Of a DNA stretch of 64,000 nt, positions 9,741-18,714 are shown piece after piece. The DNA is taken from sequence record OQ718158.1; one strand, given 5' to 3'. A model generated the notes under the pieces. The model did not search any database. It was not told where the DNA came from and saw nothing but the letters and a program-made list of their open reading frames with translations. Numbering within the stretch: the first letter of the stretch is position 1; each line of letters opens with the position of its first letter. The translations under genes were made by a program, and so were the position numbers.

Positions 9741-10033
9741 AATTAATTATTGTAATGATGATGTTTTTGGCTTTCCCAGTACTGGCTACTCCTAATCTGG
9801 ACTGCACACTGTTGCGTTCAGATGGTGACACACTTGAAATCAACACATATGAACTCTTTGGTCCAAGTGTAGTGGAGAATGAAACCACCTACAATTTCAA
9901 AGCTATTGACTTTGAAGGTAATGTTCCAGTACTAACTACAATGACTATTGACAAAACTACTTTACTCGGACGAATCACCACACAACGCGGAGAAAGTAAA
10001 ACATTCACAGCGAAAGCTGACTGTAACTACTAA
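9737..10033 (+). CDS. small secreted protein
   Basis: Signal peptide ending VLA/TP. Confidence 0.7.
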   Translation: MKLIIVMMMFLAFPVLATPNLDCTLLRSDGDTLEINTYELFGPSVVENETTYNFKAIDFEGNVPVLTTMTIDKTTLLGRITTQRGESKTFTAKADCNY

Positions 10034-10053
10034 TGGTATAGTACAGTGAAAAT

Positions 10054-10093
10054 AGGGTTGACTTCGGTCAACCTTTTCTTTATACTATAAATA
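10054..10093 (+). promoter_or_regulatory. terminator cassette with TTGACT-17-TATACT and overlapping late box TATAAATA
   Basis: AGGGTTGAC-TTCG-GTCAACCTT; TATAAATA 10086-10093. Confidence 0.7.
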
Positions 10094-10114
10094 TAGTCAT
10101 AGAGAATAAACAAT

Positions 10115-11626
10115 ATGAAATCTATGGAGAGAAATCAAATGCCAGGTCAATTTACTGATAAAAATGGCGGGAACATGGCAGGTCACTCTGATAAATGGAG
10201 TGAACGCAATCGTCGTCAAAATAGCTACCAAGCAGGACAGGGGTCACGTGGTTCACGTAATCAAGGGACAGGTTTAGCTGGTAAGGCAAACGCAGAAGCA
10301 GGTGAAGTTAAGAGTACTGAGAACATGACTGAGCTAGAAAAGCTACGTTATGTTAACTCATTAGGTCTTCTTAACGCAACACAGAAACAACGCCTTGCTG
10401 ATATGGAACGTGCTGAGAAAGAACAAGAAGTTCCTAAAGAAGAACCAAAACCAGAAGCTCCTAAAGCAGCTAACCCTGTTAAAGAGTTATCTGATAACTT
10501 AGGTAAGATCTTTGCTAACAAACCACAGTTGATTCAGGGTATTGTCAAAGCACTACAGGCAGTTCCTAAAGAAGAACTCAAAGGTAAAGCACAAGCTGTA
10601 CTTGATGCAATGAAAGGTAATAAGAGCACTGAACCTACTGAAGTATTCAGTACTATCATGCGTGCACTTGAAGGTACACACAAAGAAGATTCCAAAGAAC
10701 CTGAACAGGGTGAAGCAAGTCTTGATGGTATTCTTAAAACTTTTGATAGTATTGGTAAAGCAGACCGTGCTAATGCCCAGCAAGTCAAGAATGTACTGGC
10801 TAAACTTGAAAACCGTTTAGAAGGTAAAGATGATAAGGTTAAGCTCGTATCAGATGCAGTTAACAGTGCACTTAAATCTTATGTACAAGGTGAGAAAAGT
10901 CGCTTCGTAACAGCTATGGATGCTGCATTCAACACTATGAAAAAGTATGAAGCAGAACATGGTGAGAAAGTGACACCTGATGGATATCTACTACGTAAAG
11001 ATGAAGAAGGTGCAGTTGAACAGAAAGATGTTGAGCCTGAGCAAGAAGATCTACCTGATACCGTTGATATGGATGGATACATTCATCGTCCTGAGATGGA
11101 AGAGTTTGGGTCAGATAAAGAAGGTTTTGAACATGCAATGGCAGTATATAAAGCATTAGTTAAAAATCCAGATTATGCTAACCGTTTTGTTGACGAGTTT
11201 GATAGTGCATGGAATAACTACAAAGAGAAAGGTTATGATTTCCCTGCTGAAGCTGCATTCTTTGAACTTGGTAAACTATTAGCTAAACATGGAATTGACG
11301 TTGGTTCATCTGATTCCGAAGGTATGGAAGAAGAACATCTTGAAATGACTGATAAATCAATTCATGAACTTCAAAAGTTAATGATGTGGATATCCGAGAT
11401 TGGTAAAAAAGCAGGTGCTGATAGTAAAAGTATCAACAAAAATATTAGTTGGATTAAAGATAATGTTGGTAACAATGCTCGTAAACTTCAAAAGGCTTGG
11501 GCTGATTTAGTAAATGGTGCAGATGATGTTGACATTGAATCACCAGAAGCATATGAGTATGCACTAACTACACTTGATAACTCATTCAAAGAGTACGACC
11601 GTGGTGTTGGAAAGGATAAAAAATAA
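10115..11626 (+). CDS. 503-aa acidic, largely helical protein of unknown function (candidate internal virion protein)
   Basis: Long ORF; Glu/Lys/Asp-rich, no Cys; late box upstream. Confidence 0.85.
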   Translation: MKSMERNQMPGQFTDKNGGNMAGHSDKWSERNRRQNSYQAGQGSRGSRNQGTGLAGKANAEAGEVKSTENMTELEKLRYVNSLGLLNATQKQRLADMERAEKEQEVPKEEPKPEAPKAANPVKELSDNLGKIFANKPQLIQGIVKALQAVPKEELKGKAQAVLDAMKGNKSTEPTEVFSTIMRALEGTHKEDSKEPEQGEASLDGILKTFDSIGKADRANAQQVKNVLAKLENRLEGKDDKVKLVSDAVNSALKSYVQGEKSRFVTAMDAAFNTMKKYEAEHGEKVTPDGYLLRKDEEGAVEQKDVEPEQEDLPDTVDMDGYIHRPEMEEFGSDKEGFEHAMAVYKALVKNPDYANRFVDEFDSAWNNYKEKGYDFPAEAAFFELGKLLAKHGIDVGSSDSEGMEEEHLEMTDKSIHELQKLMMWISEIGKKAGADSKSINKNISWIKDNVGNNARKLQKAWADLVNGADDVDIESPEAYEYALTTLDNSFKEYDRGVGKDKK

Positions 11627-11634
11627 ACATTTAA

Positions 11635-11661
11635 AAGGTTGACTTCGGTCAACCTTTTTTT
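11635..11661 (+). terminator. UUCG terminator cassette
   Basis: AAAAGGTTGAC-TTCG-GTCAACCTTTTTTT. Confidence 0.85.
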
Positions 11662-11697
11662 GTAAATATTGTAGAGGGTTTTATAAGAGGTAATGCA

Positions 11698-12310
11698 ATG
11701 TTTAAATATGTTTTATTTTCACTTGTATTGTTTACTGATATAGTTTATAGTACTGAATACCAGTGCTCCATTGCTAGACAGGAGTTTAGAAACGGTGAGT
11801 TCTATACCAAGTCTTACACTAGAGGATTGGTACATGACAATAATAAAACTATAGGGTTCAATGCATTTGATAACAAAGATCGATATACGTCTGGAATACT
11901 ATCTGAACGTAAGTCTGATATACTAGGTATCGAGCGTGAATTCCGGTGACACGGTTGCAATGTGTAATGATATTGAGAGTACTAAGAAAGTATATACTAA
12001 TGGTGAAAATACTTTTAGATTCCACAATCTTACTACTAATGAAAGTTTATACTTCTACAACTGTAAAGAGTTCATTAAACCTGTGGATAACTCATGTGAT
12101 ATGCCGGAGCCAAAAGCTGCTGTATGTGAGGAACCACAATCCAAAGCTGACAAAGATTCAAAAGATAAGAAAGACAAAGCTGACAAATCGGATAAAAAAG
12201 AAAACAAAAAGAAAGCTAAAGATGATAAAGATAAAAAGTCCCCTAAGCCAAATCCATTTGAAAAGCCAAAGAATGAAAAGCCAAAACCAGACATGACATG
12301 TAAAATATAA
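11698..12310 (+). pseudogene. probably frameshifted secreted protein (ORFs 11698-11949 and 11936-12310)
   Basis: Signal peptide in the first frame; the second frame continues with a resemblance to 12377 (F...NC) and a K/D-rich tail. Confidence 0.45.
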
Positions 12311-12316
12311 AAGAAA

Positions 12317-12350
12317 AGGGTTGACTTCGGTCGGCCTTTTTTGCTATAAT
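12317..12350 (+). terminator. fused terminator/promoter cassette
   Basis: TTGACT 12321, TGC-TATAAT 12345. Confidence 0.8.
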
Positions 12351-12376
12351 CATTTCATCAACTACTGGAGGCAAAC

Positions 12377-12790
12377 ATGTTAAAAGTTATTTTCCGTTCT
12401 ATCAGTTCATTACTTCTTATGATTAGTTCAGTTTGTTATGCAAATGAAGTATCTGATTTATTTGAGAAGAATTACCCAACTGCACAAGAGATGGGTGTTT
12501 TAAAATGCAAGCTAACTTCGTACAACATCATCGGCAGTAAACTTGTACTAGAACATGAACGTAGTACACCAATCCCTCTAGTAGAAGAAGGTAGTACCTT
12601 TAGCTTCAAGTACGGGGTGAACGTAACATCTGGTGTAATGAACAATGTTGATGCAGAGACTGGTTCAACATGGAGTACTAGCGGTAAAGATGTGTTTCAT
12701 CGTATGCGTGAAAATGGTAAACTGAAGTACGTATATGAAAGTTCATTCATGAAACGTGTATTCATTATAAAAAATTGTGTACCAGCATAA
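12377..12790 (+). CDS. putative secreted protein
   Basis: Signal peptide ending CYA/NE; GGAGG RBS. Confidence 0.75.
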   Translation: MLKVIFRSISSLLLMISSVCYANEVSDLFEKNYPTAQEMGVLKCKLTSYNIIGSKLVLEHERSTPIPLVEEGSTFSFKYGVNVTSGVMNNVDAETGSTWSTSGKDVFHRMRENGKLKYVYESSFMKRVFIIKNCVPA

Positions 12791-12801
12791 GGAACAACAT
12801 C

Positions 12802-13077
12802 ATGCGTTCATTTGAAAACTTAATAGGTAAACTTCGCTTACAAGAAATTGAAGCTGATGTGAAGGAATTATCTGAAACTAAGAGTTACATTCATTTAGAT
12901 GAACTGTTTATTAAGTACGGTGAGATTGGTTTTAAGTCATTATTTGTGTTTGTCATGAAGGTGCATAGTTTAAAGTACTTTGATTTGAGTTCAAAAGACG
13001 GACAACCAAATCTGTATTACATGTATTATCTTAAGAACATAGACGAAGCTAATACATTATTCTTAGAATATATGTAG
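12802..13077 (+). CDS. hypothetical protein
   Basis: ATG 12802 after AAGGA. Confidence 0.7.
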   Translation: MRSFENLIGKLRLQEIEADVKELSETKSYIHLDELFIKYGEIGFKSLFVFVMKVHSLKYFDLSSKDGQPNLYYMYYLKNIDEANTLFLEYM

Positions 13078-13086
13078 GGGTAAAAA

Positions 13087-13425
13087 ATGGAACAACATTT
13101 TGAATTAATTAATAAGGTATCATTTTATGTAGTATCATTAATTTGGGTGTATTACATGTTTTGTTACATTATTGCATTCTTCCGATACACGACCTTGTAT
13201 CAACGCATATACTACGATGCACCCATTTCATTTATGATGTTCTGTGCATGTACGTGGGGGATAATTGAAGCACTGGTATGTGGATATAGTACTGACGAAT
13301 TAAATCTCGTATCGGGGTTGACATTACTAACAATTGCCATTATGATAGCTACTGTTCCGATATTTTTGCTCTTTAAACTGCTTCATCGTATCGATGAGTG
13401 GCGTAATAAAATCCCTGAAAAGTAA
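13087..13425 (+). CDS. 3-TM membrane paralog
   Basis: TM1-FFRY...TM2-TM3...RNKIPE. Confidence 0.75.
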   Translation: MEQHFELINKVSFYVVSLIWVYYMFCYIIAFFRYTTLYQRIYYDAPISFMMFCACTWGIIEALVCGYSTDELNLVSGLTLLTIAIMIATVPIFLLFKLLHRIDEWRNKIPEK

Positions 13426-13434
13426 GGATTGATA

Positions 13435-13776
13435 ATGATTTTTTACACTAATGCGTTTGCTTATGCCGTTGCATCAATCTACATTGTGTACTTCTTATTT
13501 GGTGGAGTACTGTACTTCTTTAAGTACAAAACATTGTTTAACCGAATGTATCCAAATCACCCAATTGTAGTAGTACTTTTGATGATTTCTGTTGCTCACA
13601 TCATTGTAGAAACAATAATGGGTATCAGTGCAGTACATTACAGTCTAGGTACTATTGTGATTATTACTATGATCATCGCATACATTTTAGTAATGGGTTC
13701 TGGTTTATTTGGGAATGTAGCAATGAAATTGTATAATCGAATTAAAACCTTACGTGATAATCTACCGGAGCGTTGA
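13435..13776 (+). CDS. 3-TM membrane paralog
   Basis: YFFKY...LRDNLPER. Confidence 0.75.
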   Translation: MIFYTNAFAYAVASIYIVYFLFGGVLYFFKYKTLFNRMYPNHPIVVVLLMISVAHIIVETIMGISAVHYSLGTIVIITMIIAYILVMGSGLFGNVAMKLYNRIKTLRDNLPER

Positions 13777-13777
13777 G

Positions 13778-14122
13778 ATGTATAATTTAAATTTAATCTC
13801 ATATATCATAACAACACTGTTTACTTTCTATACCTTTGTCGGTATACTCCTACTGTACTTTAAATTTTATAAACTCTTTGACCGTTTATATCCATCATTG
13901 GAACATGAATTCTTATTGGTGATGTACATCTGTTTAACGTGTATGTCTACATTTTTCACTGTATTTGATGGTATCATCGGTATTAAAGCTGAAGATCCAA
14001 ATGGCAGTACACTTGTTGCCTTTATCCTGGTAGGATTCTTCGGTACTTATATCACTTTCATTTCAACATGGTCTGTGGTTGATTATCTCATTAGATTACG
14101 AGATAAAATGCCAAATCGATAG
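13778..14122 (+). CDS. 3-TM membrane paralog
   Basis: LYFKF...LRDKMPNR. Confidence 0.75.
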   Translation: MYNLNLISYIITTLFTFYTFVGILLLYFKFYKLFDRLYPSLEHEFLLVMYICLTCMSTFFTVFDGIIGIKAEDPNGSTLVAFILVGFFGTYITFISTWSVVDYLIRLRDKMPNR

Positions 14123-14131
14123 GGGATTGCT

Positions 14132-14389
14132 ATGTTTGCATTGCGTAATAAAAATACAAAAGAGATTCTATGTATCTCAACAGTATGGGATTGTGCAGGA
14201 AGTGAAATGATCCTCGAAGAAGGTTCAGGTGATTGTGTTTATGTTGTTCATGATCGTCGCGAACTGGAATCATTACTTGATGAATTTAATGCTGGTGGAA
14301 ATCCTAAAAGTACTCAATTCCCTGAGATCAGGAATCCAGCACCACCAGGCTCTTATGAAATTCTACAACTGTGGGAGATGGATAAGTAA
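14132..14389 (+). CDS. hypothetical protein, paralog of 16252
   Basis: M(F/Y)ALxNKxxK...D..xLxxLL...YEI. Confidence 0.7.
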   Translation: MFALRNKNTKEILCISTVWDCAGSEMILEEGSGDCVYVVHDRRELESLLDEFNAGGNPKSTQFPEIRNPAPPGSYEILQLWEMDK

Positions 14390-14769
14390 TGCGACAAATG
14401 CACAAAGTAACCGAGCTAAACAAGCGTCTGATTAAACAATCAATGTTTGAGGATAAAGAGTCTTACTATAACTTCAAACGTGCTGTAGAGGCTGCTATCC
14501 ACATTCAGAAGCTTAAAGATAGTGGATGTATTATTCTCGAAAATGGTTCTGACGTTGTTACTGATGACTTCAGTGTAGCGTTTGATGTTTCACCTGATGG
14601 TTCGCTATCAATGCCACGCTTAGGGACTGGTGACATGACTGTGTGGGTAGGTTTCACTATGGGGAATGTACCAGGCACGGTGTATGTAGATGATGCTGAG
14701 TTGAAAGAAAGCTTTAAAAACTTATCGCATCTTGAACCACAATACGCACATGAAATGAATTTATTTTGA
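14389..14769 (+). CDS. hypothetical protein
   Basis: Coupled ORF. Confidence 0.75.
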   Translation: MRQMHKVTELNKRLIKQSMFEDKESYYNFKRAVEAAIHIQKLKDSGCIILENGSDVVTDDFSVAFDVSPDGSLSMPRLGTGDMTVWVGFTMGNVPGTVYVDDAELKESFKNLSHLEPQYAHEMNLF

Positions 14770-14770
14770 G

Positions 14771-14828
14771 TTGACAAACTCATTCAGTACTGTATAATGT
14801 TTATCAAGGGGATGAACTTCTCATCCCC
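14771..14828 (+). promoter_or_regulatory. promoter + 5' stem-loop cassette (same design as early region)
   Basis: TTGACA-16-TATAAT then GGGGATGA-ACTTC-TCATCCCC and GAGG. Confidence 0.75.
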
Positions 14829-14845
14829 ACAATCGAGGAATTGTC

Positions 14846-15400
14846 ATGATTACTTTTAAGAAAACTGCTAACCACATCCATGAGATCTACATTAACGGTC
14901 ACAAAGCTGGCCTTCTTCGTTTACTCGCCCATCATCCGAATATTACCGTATCTGATAATGAACCTAAAGATTGGCGTGTATTTTTCTTTGGAAAGTACAG
15001 TGATTTTCAAGTATCAAACCTGAAGAACATTCGTTCAGTATGCACGTTAACTGAAATTAAAGAAAAGTTAACCAAAGCATTGAAAACTAATCCAGATGGT
15101 GTTCTTCCACCTGATAACTTTGTAGAGAAAGGATATGCCTTAGCTCATTTCAAAGATGGTACTATTCAATCTATCAGTACTGAATATGAATATCAATGGA
15201 CTGAGTACTTCACTTATGGATCGCGTAATACATTGATGGCTTCACGTAGTAAATTGGAAGAAGTACTGACTCGTATGAATGAACGCGAGCGTCAGTACTA
15301 TGACAAACCAGAAATGTGGAGTTCAACTTACATTGACCGTATTGACTATGTTATTATGACTCCAATCTTTGACACTGCTTACTATGATTCTTTGAAATAA
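14846..15400 (+). CDS. hypothetical protein
   Basis: Own promoter cassette and RBS. Confidence 0.8.
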   Translation: MITFKKTANHIHEIYINGHKAGLLRLLAHHPNITVSDNEPKDWRVFFFGKYSDFQVSNLKNIRSVCTLTEIKEKLTKALKTNPDGVLPPDNFVEKGYALAHFKDGTIQSISTEYEYQWTEYFTYGSRNTLMASRSKLEEVLTRMNERERQYYDKPEMWSSTYIDRIDYVIMTPIFDTAYYDSLK

Positions 15401-15411
15401 GGATAACTTAT

Positions 15412-15588
15412 ATGAAACTACGTACTCGTAATCGACTGATGGATGCACTGTACCATGAACAGCTTTCACTGAATGAAGTGAAGCGACAGTTAATGTACAC
15501 ATATCTGTTACCCGCTCGCATTGCAAAACAACGTGCTAAAGAATTGCTGAAAGAAGCAATCGAGTACTGGGAATCTGATTCGTACTAA
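15412..15588 (+). CDS. 58-aa protein (not in track)
   Basis: AAGGA RBS; MKLRTRNRLMDALYHEQ... Confidence 0.65.
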   Translation: MKLRTRNRLMDALYHEQLSLNEVKRQLMYTYLLPARIAKQRAKELLKEAIEYWESDSY

Positions 15589-15616
15589 TTGTCACGTTAA
15601 TTAAGTGAGGCGATAA

Positions 15617-15868
15617 ATGAAAATTTTATTAGTTCTAATACTACTAATTGTTTTACCATTTACGTTAGTATCCCCTGAACTTGCATGGAATGTGTTTGTG
15701 TACTTACTATGTACTATGATAGTAAATGGTATCTTGTTCTTAGTTCTATTCATAAATGGAATAGGACACGGTGGAGGATGGACCAGTACTGCTGATATTG
15801 TACATAAAACCACTATGTCTTTATTTGTAGTGTGGAATTTATTCTGGACTTGGTTTGTGTTCTTCTAA
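15617..15868 (+). CDS. membrane protein
   Basis: Three hydrophobic segments. Confidence 0.7.
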   Translation: MKILLVLILLIVLPFTLVSPELAWNVFVYLLCTMIVNGILFLVLFINGIGHGGGWTSTADIVHKTTMSLFVVWNLFWTWFVFF

Positions 15869-15878
15869 TTAAAAAAAT

Positions 15879-16250
15879 ATGAATATAGATTTGAAAGGTG
15901 CAACACGAACTGTCATACTCATTGGGGAATATGCTATCAAGATTCCAACCTTTAAAAGTTGGAAGCTATTCTTAACAGGGATGATAGCTAACCTCAATGA
16001 ACGTTCGTGGATGCAGTACTCCAAGCGTAGTGATACTGGTATCTGTCCTACTTTGTGGTCATCATGTACTGGACTAGTAACTGTACAGAAACGTTGTAAG
16101 CCAGTACAACATAGGGGTTTATTTTGGGTGGAGTTGTGTGCTTTAGCATTGAATTCAGAGTTAAGTACTGACTTCTTCTATTCAGATGCGAAGCCAGAAA
16201 ACTTTGGGTATCTGTGTGGTAAGTTGGTTAAACTTGATTATGGAGATTAA
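15879..16250 (+). CDS. miniature protein-kinase-like protein
   Basis: G-A-T-R-x-V, AIK, N-x-N-E, DAKPEN, DYG motifs in kinase order. Confidence 0.6.
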   Translation: MNIDLKGATRTVILIGEYAIKIPTFKSWKLFLTGMIANLNERSWMQYSKRSDTGICPTLWSSCTGLVTVQKRCKPVQHRGLFWVELCALALNSELSTDFFYSDAKPENFGYLCGKLVKLDYGD

Positions 16251-16251
16251 T

Positions 16252-16521
16252 ATGTACGCATTGTATAATAAAGAAAAGAAACGATTTGCTAAGGTTGAAA
16301 TTTCGATTGATACATTTGATATGTTGGAGTACTGTATTGTAACGGACTTATATGCTAACTTGTATTACGTTCTTGATGACGTATCAGTACTGCAACGATT
16401 GCTTGAGAATTCCAAAAGTCAATGCCAGGGCATCCATGATGGTTCATCTTATGAAACACCTGAGTGTTCCTACGGCTATCTGGACGGGTATGAGATTGTG
16501 AAGTTGGGGATTGTTGAATAA
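16252..16521 (+). CDS. hypothetical protein, paralog of 14132
   Basis: ATG 16252 after GGAG. Confidence 0.7.
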   Translation: MYALYNKEKKRFAKVEISIDTFDMLEYCIVTDLYANLYYVLDDVSVLQRLLENSKSQCQGIHDGSSYETPECSYGYLDGYEIVKLGIVE

Positions 16522-16533
16522 ATGGATTAAACA

Positions 16534-16947
16534 ATGAAGAAGTGTATCACGTGTAATATTGAAAAAGACATTAGTGAATTTGGTATAAGAAGTGATACTG
16601 GGAAACATAGAAATACATGCAAAGGTTGTAGTAATATTACCAGTAAGAAAACCAGAAATAAAAAAACTGATGTCAAAAAACTTGAAGAAATCAAAAGAAA
16701 AAATAAAGATTTCATGACCAGAGTTAAATCATTTTATGGTTGTAGTGTTTGTATGATGAAGTATCCAGAATGTTTAGACTTTCACCATCTTGACCCTAAT
16801 ACCAAAGAACATACACCAAGTTCTATGTTCAGTAAAAGTCGAGATGCTATCAAAGATGAAATTCGAAAGTGTATGATTCTTTGTTCTAATCACCATCGCA
16901 TGGTACATTCTGGTAGACTATGTTTGATTGAAAGAAAAAAGGGTTGA
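16534..16947 (+). CDS. HNH endonuclease (free-standing, zinc-binding)
   Basis: CxxC...C; CSVC...LDFHHLDP...C-x-x-LCSNHHRMVH. Confidence 0.85.
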   Translation: MKKCITCNIEKDISEFGIRSDTGKHRNTCKGCSNITSKKTRNKKTDVKKLEEIKRKNKDFMTRVKSFYGCSVCMMKYPECLDFHHLDPNTKEHTPSSMFSKSRDAIKDEIRKCMILCSNHHRMVHSGRLCLIERKKG

Positions 16948-16973
16948 CTTCGGTCAGCCCTTTTTGCTATAAT
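16938..16973 (+). terminator. fused terminator/promoter cassette containing the HNH stop codon
   Basis: GGGTTGAC-TTCG-GTCAGCCC-TTTTT-GC-TATAAT. Confidence 0.85.
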
Positions 16974-17001
16974 CATTTCATCGAAACGAGAGGATGAATA
17001 C

Positions 17002-17517
17002 ATGACACGCATTAACTTAGTACACGTTAAAGAACTTGCTGACCAACATCTGATGGCTGAATATCGTGAACTCCCACGTGTGTTTGGTGCTGTACAAAAA
17101 CATGTTCAAGCACGTAAGCGAGTCCGTGATTTCAAAATTAACAGTACTTACCTGTTAGGTTCAGGTCATGTAACATTCTTCTACAACAAGTTATTGTACT
17201 TACAGAAGCGTCATATTGATATTGTTAACGAATGTTTGCGTCGTGGTATGAAGATTCAAAACACTGAAGTAAACGACATTAGCGGATTCCCTGCTGAGTT
17301 TTGTAATGACTACGTACCATCGGAGTCAGAGATTAAAATGTCTCGTGAGCGTTTGATTGAGAAGCTCCAGATGAAGCCTACGTGGTATAAATTTACTGAC
17401 GTTGAACGCCCACAGTACGTTAAAGATATGCAGGACGTAAGTAGTAATATAGAATCTAGTACTGATATGTTAGACGAAATTGAAGAACAAATCAAAGATG
17501 AAATGAATAATTATTAA
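17002..17517 (+). CDS. denV: pyrimidine-dimer DNA glycosylase / endonuclease V
   Basis: MTRINL...[18 protein letters not shown]...LGxGHVTFFY closely matches T4 endonuclease V. Confidence 0.95.
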   Translation: MTRINLVHVKELADQHLMAEYRELPRVFGAVQKHVQARKRVRDFKINSTYLLGSGHVTFFYNKLLYLQKRHIDIVNECLRRGMKIQNTEVNDISGFPAEFCNDYVPSESEIKMSRERLIEKLQMKPTWYKFTDVERPQYVKDMQDVSSNIESSTDMLDEIEEQIKDEMNNY

Positions 17518-17555
17518 AGGTAAGGGTTAACTTCGGTCACACAAAGGAACATAAC

Positions 17556-17750
17556 ATGTTATTAGTATATTCAAAGCGTTTCTGGATTTCTTTTATTGTA
17601 CTATCGCTTATCGGCTTCGGTGTGAGTATACTCTTTTCGTGGGATGAATTGGGTACATGGTATTATGAAGTTCCGTGGTACATGAAGATAGCTCCTTGTT
17701 ATGCGGCATTGTTCGTGTCATTCCTTATTGTTGTCTTCAGCGAGGATTAG
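17556..17750 (+). CDS. small 2-TM membrane protein
   Basis: Hydrophobic; AAGGA RBS. Confidence 0.65.
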   Translation: MLLVYSKRFWISFIVLSLIGFGVSILFSWDELGTWYYEVPWYMKIAPCYAALFVSFLIVVFSED

Positions 17751-17856
17751 TTGATGTAGTAGGTGCTACACCAAAGTATTTGGATATTTGAGATATAAAC
17801 ATTGACACCTGTTCTATCTTTCTGTATTATGTACATCACCAAATGAGGAATACCAC

Positions 17857-18216
17857 ATGGCATCTTTAAGTGAAATCGCGGAATACAACCCACTAACAAT
17901 CTCAACAATTCAACGTACAAAAACTTTTTATTTCCGTCCTGCTGATGGATGGAAACGTGGAATGAATGGTGACTATCGAGTACTGGAAGATGCACTCGTC
18001 GAGCGTATCAACTCTGAACTACATAAGTATGAAGGTGTTAAAGTTGTGCGTTCAACTTCTCGTTATTTTGAGTACTACATTGAGTCTTCAACTGTAAATG
18101 AAAACTCATCATTCTCGGTGGATAACACTGATATTCTTCGCAATGCAGTTGGTCTGTTATGCAACATTGCTGAGGAAATGGGATTAACTATTACTACAAT
18201 GAGTGAATTAGAATGA
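17857..18216 (+). CDS. hypothetical protein
   Basis: GAGGA RBS. Confidence 0.75.
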   Translation: MASLSEIAEYNPLTISTIQRTKTFYFRPADGWKRGMNGDYRVLEDALVERINSELHKYEGVKVVRSTSRYFEYYIESSTVNENSSFSVDNTDILRNAVGLLCNIAEEMGLTITTMSELE

Positions 18217-18410
18217 TTAAAACTTTTATTCTTACTATGGTATTTGGGTCTTATGGGTATGGTGGTGGTGTAGCAACAGTTGAGTATCCATTATACGAAG
18301 ATTGTAAGGCCGCCGCTGAAGTGTTTGTAAAAACAACCAAAGATTTAGCAACTGTCACTGATGCAAAAGCTTGGTGTACAACTAAAAATACACCAGAAAC
18401 TAAGAAATAA
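18213..18410 (+). CDS. small hypothetical protein
   Basis: Coupled ORF; C...A...C pattern. Confidence 0.7.
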   Translation: MIKTFILTMVFGSYGYGGGVATVEYPLYEDCKAAAEVFVKTTKDLATVTDAKAWCTTKNTPETKK

Positions 18411-18418
18411 AAAATAAA

Positions 18419-18451
18419 GGGTTGACTTCGGTCAGCCCTTTTTGCTATAAT
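18419..18451 (+). terminator. fused terminator/promoter cassette
   Basis: TTGACT 18422, TATAAT 18446. Confidence 0.85.
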
Positions 18452-18477
18452 TATTTCATCAACTGATGAGGTAACAA

Positions 18478-18714
18478 ATGAAACTATCTTTTATACGATT
18501 AGCTGAATTTTTCGGTACTAATGTAATTACTCTACAACAAATCGCAGATAATACATCATTAACTACTCAAGAAGTACTTGACTTAGATGTAATTCAGTGC
18601 GATAATACTTCCATCGATTACAAAGAAGGTCTTGTCGAAAAAGATAAGATTCAAGCTAAGATTAATGGTGCTGGACGGGTTCAGTACTGGAAAGGAGTTT
18701 TAAGTAATGTATAA
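18478..18714 (+). CDS. hypothetical protein
   Basis: GAGG RBS after cassette. Confidence 0.7.
   Translation: MKLSFIRLAEFFGTNVITLQQIADNTSLTTQEVLDLDVIQCDNTSIDYKEGLVEKDKIQAKINGAGRVQYWKGVLSNV

Noticed and set aside
10534-11156. Minus-strand ORFs inside the 503-aa gene; also 11946-12296 and 12055-12294
   Set aside because: Alternative-frame shadows of repetitive or biased coding sequence.
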